From Vicinamibacteria bacterium (GTDB lineage: Bacteria > Acidobacteriota > Vicinamibacteria > Fen-336), in NCBI GenBank assembly GCA_035286745.1, contig DATECU010000271.1:1-48040 (forward strand): DNA of 48,040 bases, read 5' to 3'. A program made the position numbers and the translations under genes. Below the pieces are notes generated by a model. That model had not been told where the DNA came from and made no database searches. It worked only from the letters and a program-made list of their open reading frames with translations. Shown here one piece after another: positions 17,508-26,243 of the stretch; position 1 is the stretch's first letter; every line of letters begins with the position of its first letter.

Positions 17508-17536
17508 TTGCGACCCGCCGAACCGGGGCATAGAAT
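17508..17536 (+). promoter_or_regulatory. Candidate promoter of the Uma2 gene
   Basis: TTGCGA, 17-nt spacer, TAGAAT. The hexamer ends 5 nt before GTG 17542 and 14 nt before ATG 17551. Confidence 0.4.
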
Positions 17537-17541
17537 CGCGG

Positions 17542-18087
17542 GTGAGTGACATGGTTGGCACCCGCGCCATTTCCGACCAAGAGCTGGCAGGTTTGCCACG
17601 AGACGGACGGAAGTACGAGCTTGTCGATGGCGAGGTCCAGGGGCGTCCCGCGGGCTACAGTCATGGCTTGGTCATCATCCGGCTCATCGGCCGGCTGTGG
17701 GGCTACGTGGCGGAGCGCAGCCTGGGCGACGTCCTGGACTCGAGCACCGGCTTCCGGCTGCCCACCGGTAACGTGCGGAGCCCCGACCTCAGCTTCGTGG
17801 CCGCTGGTCGGGTGCCCGGCGAACCTCCGCAGGGTTTCGCCGACCTGGCGCCGGATCTGGCGGTCGAAGTGCTCTCCCCCACCGATGACCCCCGCCAGGT
17901 GATGGACAAGGTGGGCGAGTACCTCCGCGCCGGTGTGCGGCTGGTGTGGATCATCGACCCCCAGGGCCATCGGGCCGCGGCCTATCGGTCTCCCAGCGAC
18001 GTTCGCGAGGTTCGAGGAGACGGAGACCTGGATGGCGAGGACGTGGTCCCCGGCTTCCGGTGCGCCCTCCGGGACCTGCTCCAATAG
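17542..18087 (+). CDS. Uma2-family (DUF820) putative endonuclease
   Basis: YELVDGEV, SPDLSFV, PDLAVEVLSPTD, K..EYL.AGV..VWIIDP. The start may be ATG 17551. Confidence 0.85.
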   Translation: MSDMVGTRAISDQELAGLPRDGRKYELVDGEVQGRPAGYSHGLVIIRLIGRLWGYVAERSLGDVLDSSTGFRLPTGNVRSPDLSFVAAGRVPGEPPQGFADLAPDLAVEVLSPTDDPRQVMDKVGEYLRAGVRLVWIIDPQGHRAAAYRSPSDVREVRGDGDLDGEDVVPGFRCALRDLLQ

Positions 18088-18115
18088 GCTGAATACCCCC
18101 AAGCGGCCACCCGAT

Positions 18116-18144
18116 TTGACCGGCCGTTCGAGGTCGGATACGCT
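18116..18144 (+). promoter_or_regulatory. Candidate promoter of the ptrB-ALDH operon
   Basis: TTGACC, 17-nt spacer, TACGCT. Confidence 0.35.
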
Positions 18145-18204
18145 GCCATTCCCCCGCCAGATGACAACAGTCGCAGTGTGTCCCCCAAGGACGAGGTTCT
18201 GGCC

Positions 18205-20304
18205 ATGACCCCAATCATTCTCGTTGCTATGCTCATGACAACCAACGCCACGCCGGCTCGGGCCGAGAAGGCCCAGACGCCACCGGTCGCTCCGAAGATC
18301 CCCCATCTCACGGCGATCCACGGCGAGCGACTGGCGGACGACTACTTCTGGCTGCGCGACAAGCCCAAGCCCGAGGTAAAGACCTACCTGGAGGCCGAGA
18401 ACGCCTACAGCGATGCGGTGATGAAACCCACCGAGGCCTTTCAGGGCGCGCTCTACAAGGAGATGCTGGCCCGCATCAAGGAGACGGACGAGAACGTCCC
18501 CTACCGCAAGGGCGGCTTCTTCTACTACTCGCGCACCGAGCAGGGGAAGCAGTACCCGATCTTCTGCCGCAAGCAGGGGAGCCTGGCGGCGCCCGAAGCG
18601 GTGACCATCGACCTCAACCGGCTGGCCGAGGGCCAGAAGTTCATGGCGCTGGGCGTCTACCAGGTGAGCGACAATGCCGAGCTCCTGGCCTACTCGACCG
18701 ACAACACCGGCTTCCGCCAGTACACCCTCTACGTCAAGGACATAACGACAGGCGAGGTGAAGAAGGTGGCCGAGAGGACGGGTTCGGCGGCCTGGGCTGC
18801 CGACCACAAGACGCTCTTCTACACCGTGGAGGAGGAGAGCACCAAACGACACTATCGACTCTACCGGCACCTGTTGGGCAGCACCAGCCACGACCTGGTC
18901 TACGAAGAGACGGACCAGGCCTTTAGTGTGGGCGTGGGGCGCACCCGCAGCGGTGCCTACCTGATTCTGGGCATCGGGAGCCTGACCACCTCCGAGGCTC
19001 GCTTCCTTCCCGCGGATCAGCCGGCGGAGGAGTGGCGCATGATTGCGCCCCGGCTTCACGATCAGGAGTATGACGTCGACCACCACGGCGACAGCTTCTT
19101 CATCCGGACCAACGATGCGGGACGCAACTTCCGTCTGGTGAAGGCCCCGGTGACCAGCCCCGATCGAGCGAGCTGGAAGGAAGTGCTGCCCCACCGGCCC
19201 CAGGTGATGCTGGAGGGTGTCGACCTCTTCCGGAATCACTCGGTGCTCTTCGAGCGCGAGAACGGGCTTCCGCAGATCCGCATCACCGACCTCCGGACCG
19301 GCGACTGGCACCGCATGGCGTTCCCCGAGCCTGCCTACTCGGCCTCGCCGGCCGCCAACCTGGAGTTCGACACCGGCGCCTTCCGCTACAACTACCAGTC
19401 CCTGGTCACGCCTAACAGCGTCTTCGACTACGACATGGAGAAGCGCACCTCGACCCTGCTCAAGGAGCAGCCGGTCCTGGGTGGCTACGATCGCACCCAG
19501 TACGTCTCGGAGCGCATCTTCGCCCCCGCTCCGGACGGCGTGAAGGTTCCCCTTTCGATCGTCTACAAGAAGAGCCTGGTCCGGGACGGCAAGGCGCCGA
19601 TCTACCTCTACGCCTACGGCTCCTACGGCTATCCGCTGCCGGTGACCTTCTCCTCCAACCGGCTGAGCCTGCTGGACCGCGGGGTGGTGATCGCTCTCGC
19701 CCACATCCGCGGCGGCGGCGACCTGGGCAAGCCCTGGCACGATGACGGCCGGATGCTGAAGAAGAAGAACACCTTCACCGACTTCATCGCCGCCGCTGAG
19801 CACCTGTTGGCCGAGAGGTACGGCTCCAAGGATCGTCTGGTGATCGAGGGCGGCAGCGCCGGAGGCCTGCTGATGGGCGCCGTGACCAACCTGCGGCCGG
19901 ACCTCTTCAAGGCGGTCGTCTCCAAGGTGCCCTTCGTGGACGTGGTCAACACCATGCTGGACGAGTCCTTGCCCCTGACCGTCGGTGAGTTCGAGGAGTG
20001 GGGGAATCCCAAGAAGAAGGAGGAGTACGACTACATCAAGAGCTATTGTCCCTACACCAACCTGGCGAAGAAGGCATACCCAACCATCCTGGTGAAGACC
20101 TCGTTCAACGATAGCCAGGTGATGTACTGGGAGCCGGCCAAGTACGTGGCCAAGCTCAGGACGCTGAAGACCGACAGCAACCCGCTTTTGCTCAAGACCA
20201 ACATGGCGGCGGGTCACGGCGGCGCCTCCGGCCGCTACGACTACCTGCACGAGGTGGCCTTTGACTACGCCTTCATGCTGACCCAGATGGGAGTCGGCAA
20301 GTAG
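18205..20304 (+). CDS. ptrB: S9-family serine peptidase (oligopeptidase B / protease II-like), secreted
   Basis: Signal peptide ...ATPARAEK. DDYFWLRD, GGSAGGLL nucleophile motif, RGGGDLGKPWHDDG, AGHGG. SD AAGGACGAGG upstream. Confidence 0.88.
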   Translation: MTPIILVAMLMTTNATPARAEKAQTPPVAPKIPHLTAIHGERLADDYFWLRDKPKPEVKTYLEAENAYSDAVMKPTEAFQGALYKEMLARIKETDENVPYRKGGFFYYSRTEQGKQYPIFCRKQGSLAAPEAVTIDLNRLAEGQKFMALGVYQVSDNAELLAYSTDNTGFRQYTLYVKDITTGEVKKVAERTGSAAWAADHKTLFYTVEEESTKRHYRLYRHLLGSTSHDLVYEETDQAFSVGVGRTRSGAYLILGIGSLTTSEARFLPADQPAEEWRMIAPRLHDQEYDVDHHGDSFFIRTNDAGRNFRLVKAPVTSPDRASWKEVLPHRPQVMLEGVDLFRNHSVLFERENGLPQIRITDLRTGDWHRMAFPEPAYSASPAANLEFDTGAFRYNYQSLVTPNSVFDYDMEKRTSTLLKEQPVLGGYDRTQYVSERIFAPAPDGVKVPLSIVYKKSLVRDGKAPIYLYAYGSYGYPLPVTFSSNRLSLLDRGVVIALAHIRGGGDLGKPWHDDGRMLKKKNTFTDFIAAAEHLLAERYGSKDRLVIEGGSAGGLLMGAVTNLRPDLFKAVVSKVPFVDVVNTMLDESLPLTVGEFEEWGNPKKKEEYDYIKSYCPYTNLAKKAYPTILVKTSFNDSQVMYWEPAKYVAKLRTLKTDSNPLLLKTNMAAGHGGASGRYDYLHEVAFDYAFMLTQMGVGK

Positions 20305-20307
20305 CGC

Positions 20308-21867
20308 ATGCTCACACTACGCAGCCACCTGGGTGGCGAGTGGGTGGCGGGACGGGGCCCGCTCCAGGTCCTGGTCAATCCCGCCACCGAAGAGCCGCTG
20401 GCTCAGGCCGGGAGCGACGGCCTCGACCTCGCCGCCGCTCTCGACTTTGCCCGGCGGCAGGGTGGGCCTGGGCTTCGGGCCCTGTCGTTCGCCGAACGCG
20501 GGGAGTTGCTGAGGGCGATGTGCGATGCCATCCAGGCCCATCGTGACCAGCTTCTGGACCTCGCCATCGCCAACGGCGGCAACACCCGGAGCGATGCCAA
20601 GTTCGATCTGGACGGGGCCACCTTCACCCTCGCCACCTACGCGGAGTTGGGTAAAGGGTTGGGCGCAGCTCGTTGGCTGGTGGACGGCGACGGCATCACC
20701 TTGGGCCGGACTCCACGCTTCCACGGCCAGCATCTCCAGGTGCCGCGCCACGGGGTCGCCGTCCACATCAACGCCTTCAACTTCCCGGCCTGGGGCTTTG
20801 CCGAGAAGGCCGCGGTGGCGCTCCTCGCAGGCATGCCGGTGCTGGTGAAGCCGGCCCAAAGCTCGGCCCTGGTGGCCCATCGCATCATGGAGATCCTGAT
20901 TGAGAGGCGGGCCCTGCCCGGAGGGGCCTTGTCCTTTCTGGCAGGTGGCGCCGGCGATCTCCTCGAACACGTCGGCCCTCAAGATGTCATTGCTTTCACC
21001 GGGAGCAGCGACACCGGTGTCAAGATCCGGTCGCTGGCCCCGGTGGTCAGGAACTCGGTGCGGGTCAACGTCGAGGCCGACAGCCTGAACGCCGCGGTCC
21101 TGGGCCCCGACGCCGAGCCGGGCTCCGAGACCTACGAGTTCTTCCTGAAAGACGTGCTCCGGGACATGACACAGAAGGCGGGACAGAAGTGCACCGCCAT
21201 TCGTCGGGTGCTGGTCCCCGAGCCCATCGCGGACCGGGTGCGCGACGATCTCATCGCGCGGCTGGAGAAGACCGTGGTGGGGAACCCCGCGCACGATGGC
21301 GTGCGCATGGGCCCGCTGGCCACCGCCGACCAGCTTCGCGCCGTTCGCACCGGGATCGAGCTGCTGGCCAAGGATGGCCGCCTGGTTTTCGGCAGCGCCG
21401 CCGTCAAACCGCTAGGTGTTCCCGAGGGCAAGGGCTTCTTCGTGGGGCCGGTGCTGATCGAAGTGGAGCCGGGGGCCGAGGCCCCTTCGGTCCACTCCCA
21501 CGAGGTCTTCGGTCCCGTGGCCACCATCGTGCCCTACTCGGGTCGGGCCGCCGATGCCGTGGAGCTGGTCTCCCGAGGCCGGGGCGGGCTGGTGTCGTCG
21601 CTGTACTCCGAGGACGTCGACTTCGTGGGCGAGCTGGCGCTAGGCCTGGCCCCGCACCACGGCCGGCTGTTCCTGGGCTCGGCCAAGATCGCCGAGCAGT
21701 CTCCTGGACCAGGGACCGTTCTGCCCCTCTTGGTTCACGGCGGACCCGGTCGCGCGGGCGGCGGTGAGGAGTTAGGTGGACTCCGCAGCCTGGCCTTCTA
21801 CATGCAGCGGGTGGCCCTCGAGGGCTCCCGCCCCATGATCGAGCGGATCGCGGGGATCAAGGCGTAG
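20308..21867 (+). CDS. Aldehyde dehydrogenase homologous to the N-terminal domain of PaaZ (no hydratase domain)
   Basis: [45 protein letters not shown] all match E. coli PaaZ. Starts 3 nt after the ptrB stop. Confidence 0.85.
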   Translation: MLTLRSHLGGEWVAGRGPLQVLVNPATEEPLAQAGSDGLDLAAALDFARRQGGPGLRALSFAERGELLRAMCDAIQAHRDQLLDLAIANGGNTRSDAKFDLDGATFTLATYAELGKGLGAARWLVDGDGITLGRTPRFHGQHLQVPRHGVAVHINAFNFPAWGFAEKAAVALLAGMPVLVKPAQSSALVAHRIMEILIERRALPGGALSFLAGGAGDLLEHVGPQDVIAFTGSSDTGVKIRSLAPVVRNSVRVNVEADSLNAAVLGPDAEPGSETYEFFLKDVLRDMTQKAGQKCTAIRRVLVPEPIADRVRDDLIARLEKTVVGNPAHDGVRMGPLATADQLRAVRTGIELLAKDGRLVFGSAAVKPLGVPEGKGFFVGPVLIEVEPGAEAPSVHSHEVFGPVATIVPYSGRAADAVELVSRGRGGLVSSLYSEDVDFVGELALGLAPHHGRLFLGSAKIAEQSPGPGTVLPLLVHGGPGRAGGGEELGGLRSLAFYMQRVALEGSRPMIERIAGIKA

Positions 21868-21962
21868 GGAGACGACGGTCAGCGCCGTCGAGCAGCGGTC
21901 GAGCGCCTACCCCAACACGCTCGCTAGAGTGGCTAGTAGGTGGCATCAGATGCACAACCCAA

Positions 21963-21994
21963 ACTACCGCTCCTGACTGCGCTTGCCGTAGAAT
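21963..21994 (+). promoter_or_regulatory. Conserved promoter block of ELWxxDGT gene 1 (paralogous to 36299-36330)
   Basis: 24 of 32 nt are identical to the block upstream of ELW gene 2. It ends in TAGAAT, 54 nt before the ATG. Confidence 0.4.
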
Positions 21995-22048
21995 CGGGTT
22001 GCCGCCAAGGGGCCCACCTTGAGCGTGTTCTGATCCGGGGGTTGATTC

Positions 22049-24634
22049 ATGATTGATCGAGCCTTGCCACGGCTGCTTCCCGTCCTGCTGCTGGCATTCG
22101 CCCCCAGCGCCTTCGCCCAGGCCTACCGGGTGAAGGACATCCACACTCGGACTGCCGCGTCAGACCCGGACTCCCTGATTCGCGTTGGTGGCGTGCTCTT
22201 CTTCGCCGCAGACGACGGAGTCCACGGGAGAGAGCTCTGGAGGACGAACGGAAACCCCGAGCGAAGTCACATGGTCAAGGACATTGCGCCCGGGATCGAC
22301 GCCTCCAGACCGGAGCGCCTCACCGAGGTAGGGGGAGTGCTGTTCTTCACTGCCTTTGGCCCGGGAGGTCACGGTCTCTGGAGGAGCGACGGCACCGCGG
22401 AGGGAACGGTCGAGGTGCGGAAGGTCGCTTCGTCCGTCGAGAACCTGACCGCCGTGAACGACGTCCTGTTCTTCGCGGTTGACGATCAGCTCTGGAAGAG
22501 CGACGGAACCGACGAGGGCACCGTGTTGGTCAAGGACGTCCAGCCCGAAGGGTCGGCTTGGCTCCGAAACCTGGTTGCCAGTGGCAACACGGTCTTCTTC
22601 ACGATAGACGACGGCGTGCACGGCGTAGAGCTCTGGTCGTCTGACGGTACCGCCGAAGGCACGTCGATGGTGCGGGACATTGAGCCGGGTGCCGCGAGCT
22701 CGATGCCCGCTCTTCTCACGCCATCCGGCCAGGGCGTCTACTTCTTCGCCGAGACGGCCCTGGGTTCCGAGCTGTGGAAGAGCGATGGAACGGAAGCGGG
22801 GACGGTGCTCGTGCGGGACATCTGCCCGGGGGAGTGCTCGTCCCGTCCCTACTATGCCGAACCAACGCGGCCGCTGGCGATGATGAACGGCCTCTTGTAC
22901 TTCAATGCGCGCACCGAAGCGAACGGCGTGGAGCTCTGGAGGACCGATGGTAGCCTCGAAGGAACCACCCTGGTCCTCGACATCCTGGGGGGACCCGAAT
23001 CGTCGCGGCCAGCCGAGCTTACCGTGATCGGCGACATCCTCTACTTTGCAGCCACCGATTCGAAGGCCGGTCGGGAGCTGTGGAAGAGCGATGGCACGCC
23101 ATCGGGAACGGTCCTCGTGAAGGACATCTACCCTGGATGGGGGAGTTCGAGCCCCGCTAGCCTGGCCGAGCGGGCGGGCGAGCTCGCGTTCATCGCCGCC
23201 TCCGGCATGATACGGGACTTCTGGGCCAGCAATGGCACAGCCGCGGGCACCCGTGCACTGACTTCGTTTCCGGCGAGCACTGCCAGCTTTCCTTCACCGC
23301 AGGTCGGGGTTCTCGATGATGGGTACTTCATCGCCGTCCGAGAGGACGTTCACGGAACGGAAATGTGGCGGAGCGACGGAACCCCAGCCGGCACCAGACT
23401 ATTCCTTGATCTCAACCGGCAGTCGGGTTCGTCAGACCCTGGAGACCTGGTGAGCACAGCGGAGGGTCTGCTGCTGTTTACCGCGAATGACGGCATCTCC
23501 AACCGCCGGCTCTGGCGGACGGACGGGACGGAAGCCGGGACGGGCATGGTCCTGAAACCGTCCACTGCACCGGCGATGACGAGGCCAGCCTGGCCGGTTC
23601 GGCTTGGCGACCGCGTGCTCTTCCGGGCGGCGGGTGGCCTTTGGCGGACCGATGGGACTGCGGCAGGAACCAGCCTCATCAACGCAGTGGGGCCCACCGG
23701 CCCTCCCGTCATCGTGGGCGACACCCTGTTCTTTCCCAGCTACTCCAGTCTCGGAGGGACCCTGTGGCGGTCCGATGGAACCCCGGAGGGGACGAACCTG
23801 GTGAAGACGATCGAATACCCCATCGGAGGAGAAGCCTTGTCCGACCTGACCCCAGCGACTGCGCACCTCTTCTTCGTCGCTCGAGAAACGGGGACGGGAC
23901 GAGAGGTGTGGTGGAGTGACGGCACCGAGGCCGGGACCTATCGGCTCACCGACATCGACACAGGTTCCGCCCAGGCGGAAATCCGGGCCCTGGCGGCCCA
24001 GGGCGATAGTCTGTTCTTCGTGGCATTCTCCGGGATGTCCAGTACCGTCCTCTATCGCGCCAACGGGATCACTGGGACCACCGAGGCTGCCGCCGTCTTC
24101 TCGTCCTGTCTGGAGGCCGAGGAAGAGCTTGTTTCTCTCCGGGGGAGGGTCTTCTTTCCCGCTCTTGACTCCGGACTGGGGTGCACGCTGTGGGCGAGTG
24201 ACGGCACCCAAGCCGGAACCGTGGCGGTCACCCCCGGCTGGTCACACCCCAACCGCCTAACCGTGGCAGGGGACACGGTGTTCTTTGTGGATGTCTACGG
24301 CTTCCGGCTCTGGCGCAGCGACGGAACCTCGAGCGGCACCTATCGAGTGGCCGAGGCTCGCCTTGCCGATCGGGGCCCTCGCCCCGTGAGCGTCAACGGT
24401 CGCGTCTACTTCGCCGCGGACGATGGGGTTCACGGCAGGGAGCTGTGGCGGAGCGACGGTACGGTCGAGGGGACCGGGATGGTCGACGACATCTGTCCCG
24501 GGCCGTGCAGTTCGTTTCCAGGAGCGATGACGGCCGCCGGCACCCTCCTCTACTTCGTGGCCGACGACGGGCTGAGCGGCCGTGAGCTATGGGCGATCAA
24601 CCTCGACGTCGTCTTCAGGGACGGGTTCGAGTAG
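22049..24634 (+). CDS. Secreted ELWxxDGT-repeat protein, paralogue 1 (861 aa)
   Basis: Signal peptide ...SAFA|QAYRVKDI. 17 repeats carry the (E)LW(R/K)(S/T)DG motif, followed by a terminal ELWAINL. Ends ...LDVVFRDGFE*. Confidence 0.85.
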   Translation: MIDRALPRLLPVLLLAFAPSAFAQAYRVKDIHTRTAASDPDSLIRVGGVLFFAADDGVHGRELWRTNGNPERSHMVKDIAPGIDASRPERLTEVGGVLFFTAFGPGGHGLWRSDGTAEGTVEVRKVASSVENLTAVNDVLFFAVDDQLWKSDGTDEGTVLVKDVQPEGSAWLRNLVASGNTVFFTIDDGVHGVELWSSDGTAEGTSMVRDIEPGAASSMPALLTPSGQGVYFFAETALGSELWKSDGTEAGTVLVRDICPGECSSRPYYAEPTRPLAMMNGLLYFNARTEANGVELWRTDGSLEGTTLVLDILGGPESSRPAELTVIGDILYFAATDSKAGRELWKSDGTPSGTVLVKDIYPGWGSSSPASLAERAGELAFIAASGMIRDFWASNGTAAGTRALTSFPASTASFPSPQVGVLDDGYFIAVREDVHGTEMWRSDGTPAGTRLFLDLNRQSGSSDPGDLVSTAEGLLLFTANDGISNRRLWRTDGTEAGTGMVLKPSTAPAMTRPAWPVRLGDRVLFRAAGGLWRTDGTAAGTSLINAVGPTGPPVIVGDTLFFPSYSSLGGTLWRSDGTPEGTNLVKTIEYPIGGEALSDLTPATAHLFFVARETGTGREVWWSDGTEAGTYRLTDIDTGSAQAEIRALAAQGDSLFFVAFSGMSSTVLYRANGITGTTEAAAVFSSCLEAEEELVSLRGRVFFPALDSGLGCTLWASDGTQAGTVAVTPGWSHPNRLTVAGDTVFFVDVYGFRLWRSDGTSSGTYRVAEARLADRGPRPVSVNGRVYFAADDGVHGRELWRSDGTVEGTGMVDDICPGPCSSFPGAMTAAGTLLYFVADDGLSGRELWAINLDVVFRDGFE

Positions 24635-24669
24635 CGGGCAGCACCTTGGAGGCTTGCCTCCCCGCCCGC
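24634..24669 (+). terminator. GC-rich nested hairpin after ELW gene 1 (no U-tract)
   Basis: GCGGGC...GGAGGC-TT-GCCTCC...GCCCGC. Confidence 0.3.
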
Positions 24670-24680
24670 AGGCCCAGGCA

Positions 24681-24735
24681 CGTCAACCGGCGGTCGAGCC
24701 GTCGTCACACCGCCGTCACTCCCGGCGACTAGCTT
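24681..24735 (+). promoter_or_regulatory. PHO-box-like array (four direct repeats phased at 11 bp) plus a -10-like TAGCTT
   Basis: Units CGTCAACCGGC (24681), GGTCGAGCCGT (24692), CGTCACACCGC (24703) and CGTCACTCCCG (24714). TAGCTT lies at 24730-24735, with the array covering the -35 position. Confidence 0.5.
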
Positions 24736-24780
24736 CTCCTTCGAGCACCCGGAAGCCGTGGTGCCAAGGAGGAAGTGCCG

Positions 24781-26157
24781 ATGACATCGAGGGTCGCACT
24801 CTACGGACGGGCCTTGGGCCTGGCACTGATGCTGGCCGTGGCCGCCGCACCCAACGTCCAGGCGCAGGGGATGTTCTTCCAGGAGGTTCAGAAGGACGGG
24901 CGGATCTACGTCTTCAACAGCGCCAGGGAGCACGCGGCGTGGTCGAAGTCCGGAGAGCTTGGCAAGGCGATCGCGCGACTCGGCTACGGTGATGCGGGTG
25001 AGACCGTGGTCTTCGACAGCGAGGCCGCGATCAGCCTGTTCAACTTCAAGCATGGCCGGGAGGCCGAGGCCTTCCCGGAGCCCGCCAGGCCTCGCATGGA
25101 GGTCTTCTGGAAGGACGGCAAGACCAGCGTTGCCACCGACAGGGCGCAGCTCCTGATGTCGACCCGCATCCAGGGGCGCTTCACTCAGGAGTCGCCCGAC
25201 AACTCGGTCAAGCTCTTCTCCGAGGCGGCAGGCGGCGATCCTCGAAGCTCCTTCCGGATTCGTAGGGCCAAGTTCAAGCTGGAGGGTTGGTTCTACAAGC
25301 CCGAGCTGAGCTACGAGTTCCAGATCAACTTCATGGACGCGACCAGCGCCCAGCCGACCCGCATGATCGAGGACGCCTCGATCAACTGGGACCTCTCGAG
25401 GCGGAAGATCCTCCAGGTGAGGTTCGGGCAGTTCAAGGTGCCCTTCGGCCGCCAGGAGCTGACGTCCTCGGGAAGCCAGCAGTTCGTCGATCGCAGCGAC
25501 GCATCCACACGCTATGCGCGCGGCCGGGAGACGGGAGTTCAGCTCTGGGGTGGTCTCTTGGGCAACAAGGCCGAGTGGCGGGTGGGGGCCTTCAACGGTG
25601 AGGGCCGCAGTCAGGCCGCCAACGCGAATGACAAGTTCCAGTACAACGCGCGGGTGCAGTTCCACCCGAACGGCGATCCGAAGTTCTCGGAATCCGACCT
25701 CGAGTCCAGGGACAAGCTCCTCTGGGCCATCGCGGCCAACCTCGAGCTGAACGACAAGGCCAAGACGACCACCTCGACCGACATCAAGGACACCATCCTG
25801 GGCGGGGACTTCATGGCCAAGTACCGGGGCTTCTCCCTGCAGGGTGAGTACTTCGACAAGAAGGCGGAGCCGGAGACCGGCGCCGAGTTCAAGGACAGGG
25901 GTTGGTACGTCCAGACCGGGTACCTGCTGGGCGCAAAACGAAACTGGGAGCTGGCCGTGCGTCACGGGAGGATCGATCCCAGCGACCAGAAGCCCGGAGA
26001 CGATCGCAAGGAGATCGGCGGCGCCGTCAACTACTACTACAACAAGCACAACGTGAAGCTGCAGGCCGATTTCCGCCAGCTCGAGGACGAGGCGGGCAAC
26101 TCCGGCAAGGGCATCAAGAGTCGGGAATTCCGGCTGCAAACCCAGTTCATCTTCTAG
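24781..26157 (+). CDS. Phosphate-selective porin O/P family (copy 2), first gene of the pst cluster
   Basis: GGAGG lies 8 nt upstream of ATG 24781. Signal peptide ...APNVQAQG. RIRRAKFKLEG...GQFKVPFGRQELTSS. C-terminal ...RLQTQFIF. Confidence 0.85.
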   Translation: MTSRVALYGRALGLALMLAVAAAPNVQAQGMFFQEVQKDGRIYVFNSAREHAAWSKSGELGKAIARLGYGDAGETVVFDSEAAISLFNFKHGREAEAFPEPARPRMEVFWKDGKTSVATDRAQLLMSTRIQGRFTQESPDNSVKLFSEAAGGDPRSSFRIRRAKFKLEGWFYKPELSYEFQINFMDATSAQPTRMIEDASINWDLSRRKILQVRFGQFKVPFGRQELTSSGSQQFVDRSDASTRYARGRETGVQLWGGLLGNKAEWRVGAFNGEGRSQAANANDKFQYNARVQFHPNGDPKFSESDLESRDKLLWAIAANLELNDKAKTTTSTDIKDTILGGDFMAKYRGFSLQGEYFDKKAEPETGAEFKDRGWYVQTGYLLGAKRNWELAVRHGRIDPSDQKPGDDRKEIGGAVNYYYNKHNVKLQADFRQLEDEAGNSGKGIKSREFRLQTQFIF

Positions 26158-26175
26158 TTCACAGGGAATTAACAC

Positions 26176-26215
26176 GGGCGAAACCCCCCGTTTCCCTGAA
26201 GCGCTTAGCTTCAGG
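26176..26215 (+). promoter_or_regulatory. Two adjacent hairpins between porin and pstS
   Basis: GGG(CG)AAAC-CCCCC-GTTTCCC and CCTGAAGC-GCTTA-GCTTCAGG. Confidence 0.3.
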
Positions 26216-26243
26216 TGTGGGGGGACCCGCGCAAGGAGGCGTC

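Noticed and set aside
17275-20250. 991-aa ORF on the minus strand
   Set aside because: It is antisense to the GT51 gene end, Uma2 and the oligopeptidase B gene, all of which carry strong family motifs. Its translation is low-complexity (Gly/Arg/Val/Leu/His-rich) with no recognisable motif. This is the typical long shadow ORF of GC-rich DNA.
24550-26175. 541-aa minus-strand ORF
   Set aside because: It is antisense to the OprO/P porin gene, which has a signal peptide, family motif and C-terminal Phe. It has no motifs and is a shadow ORF.
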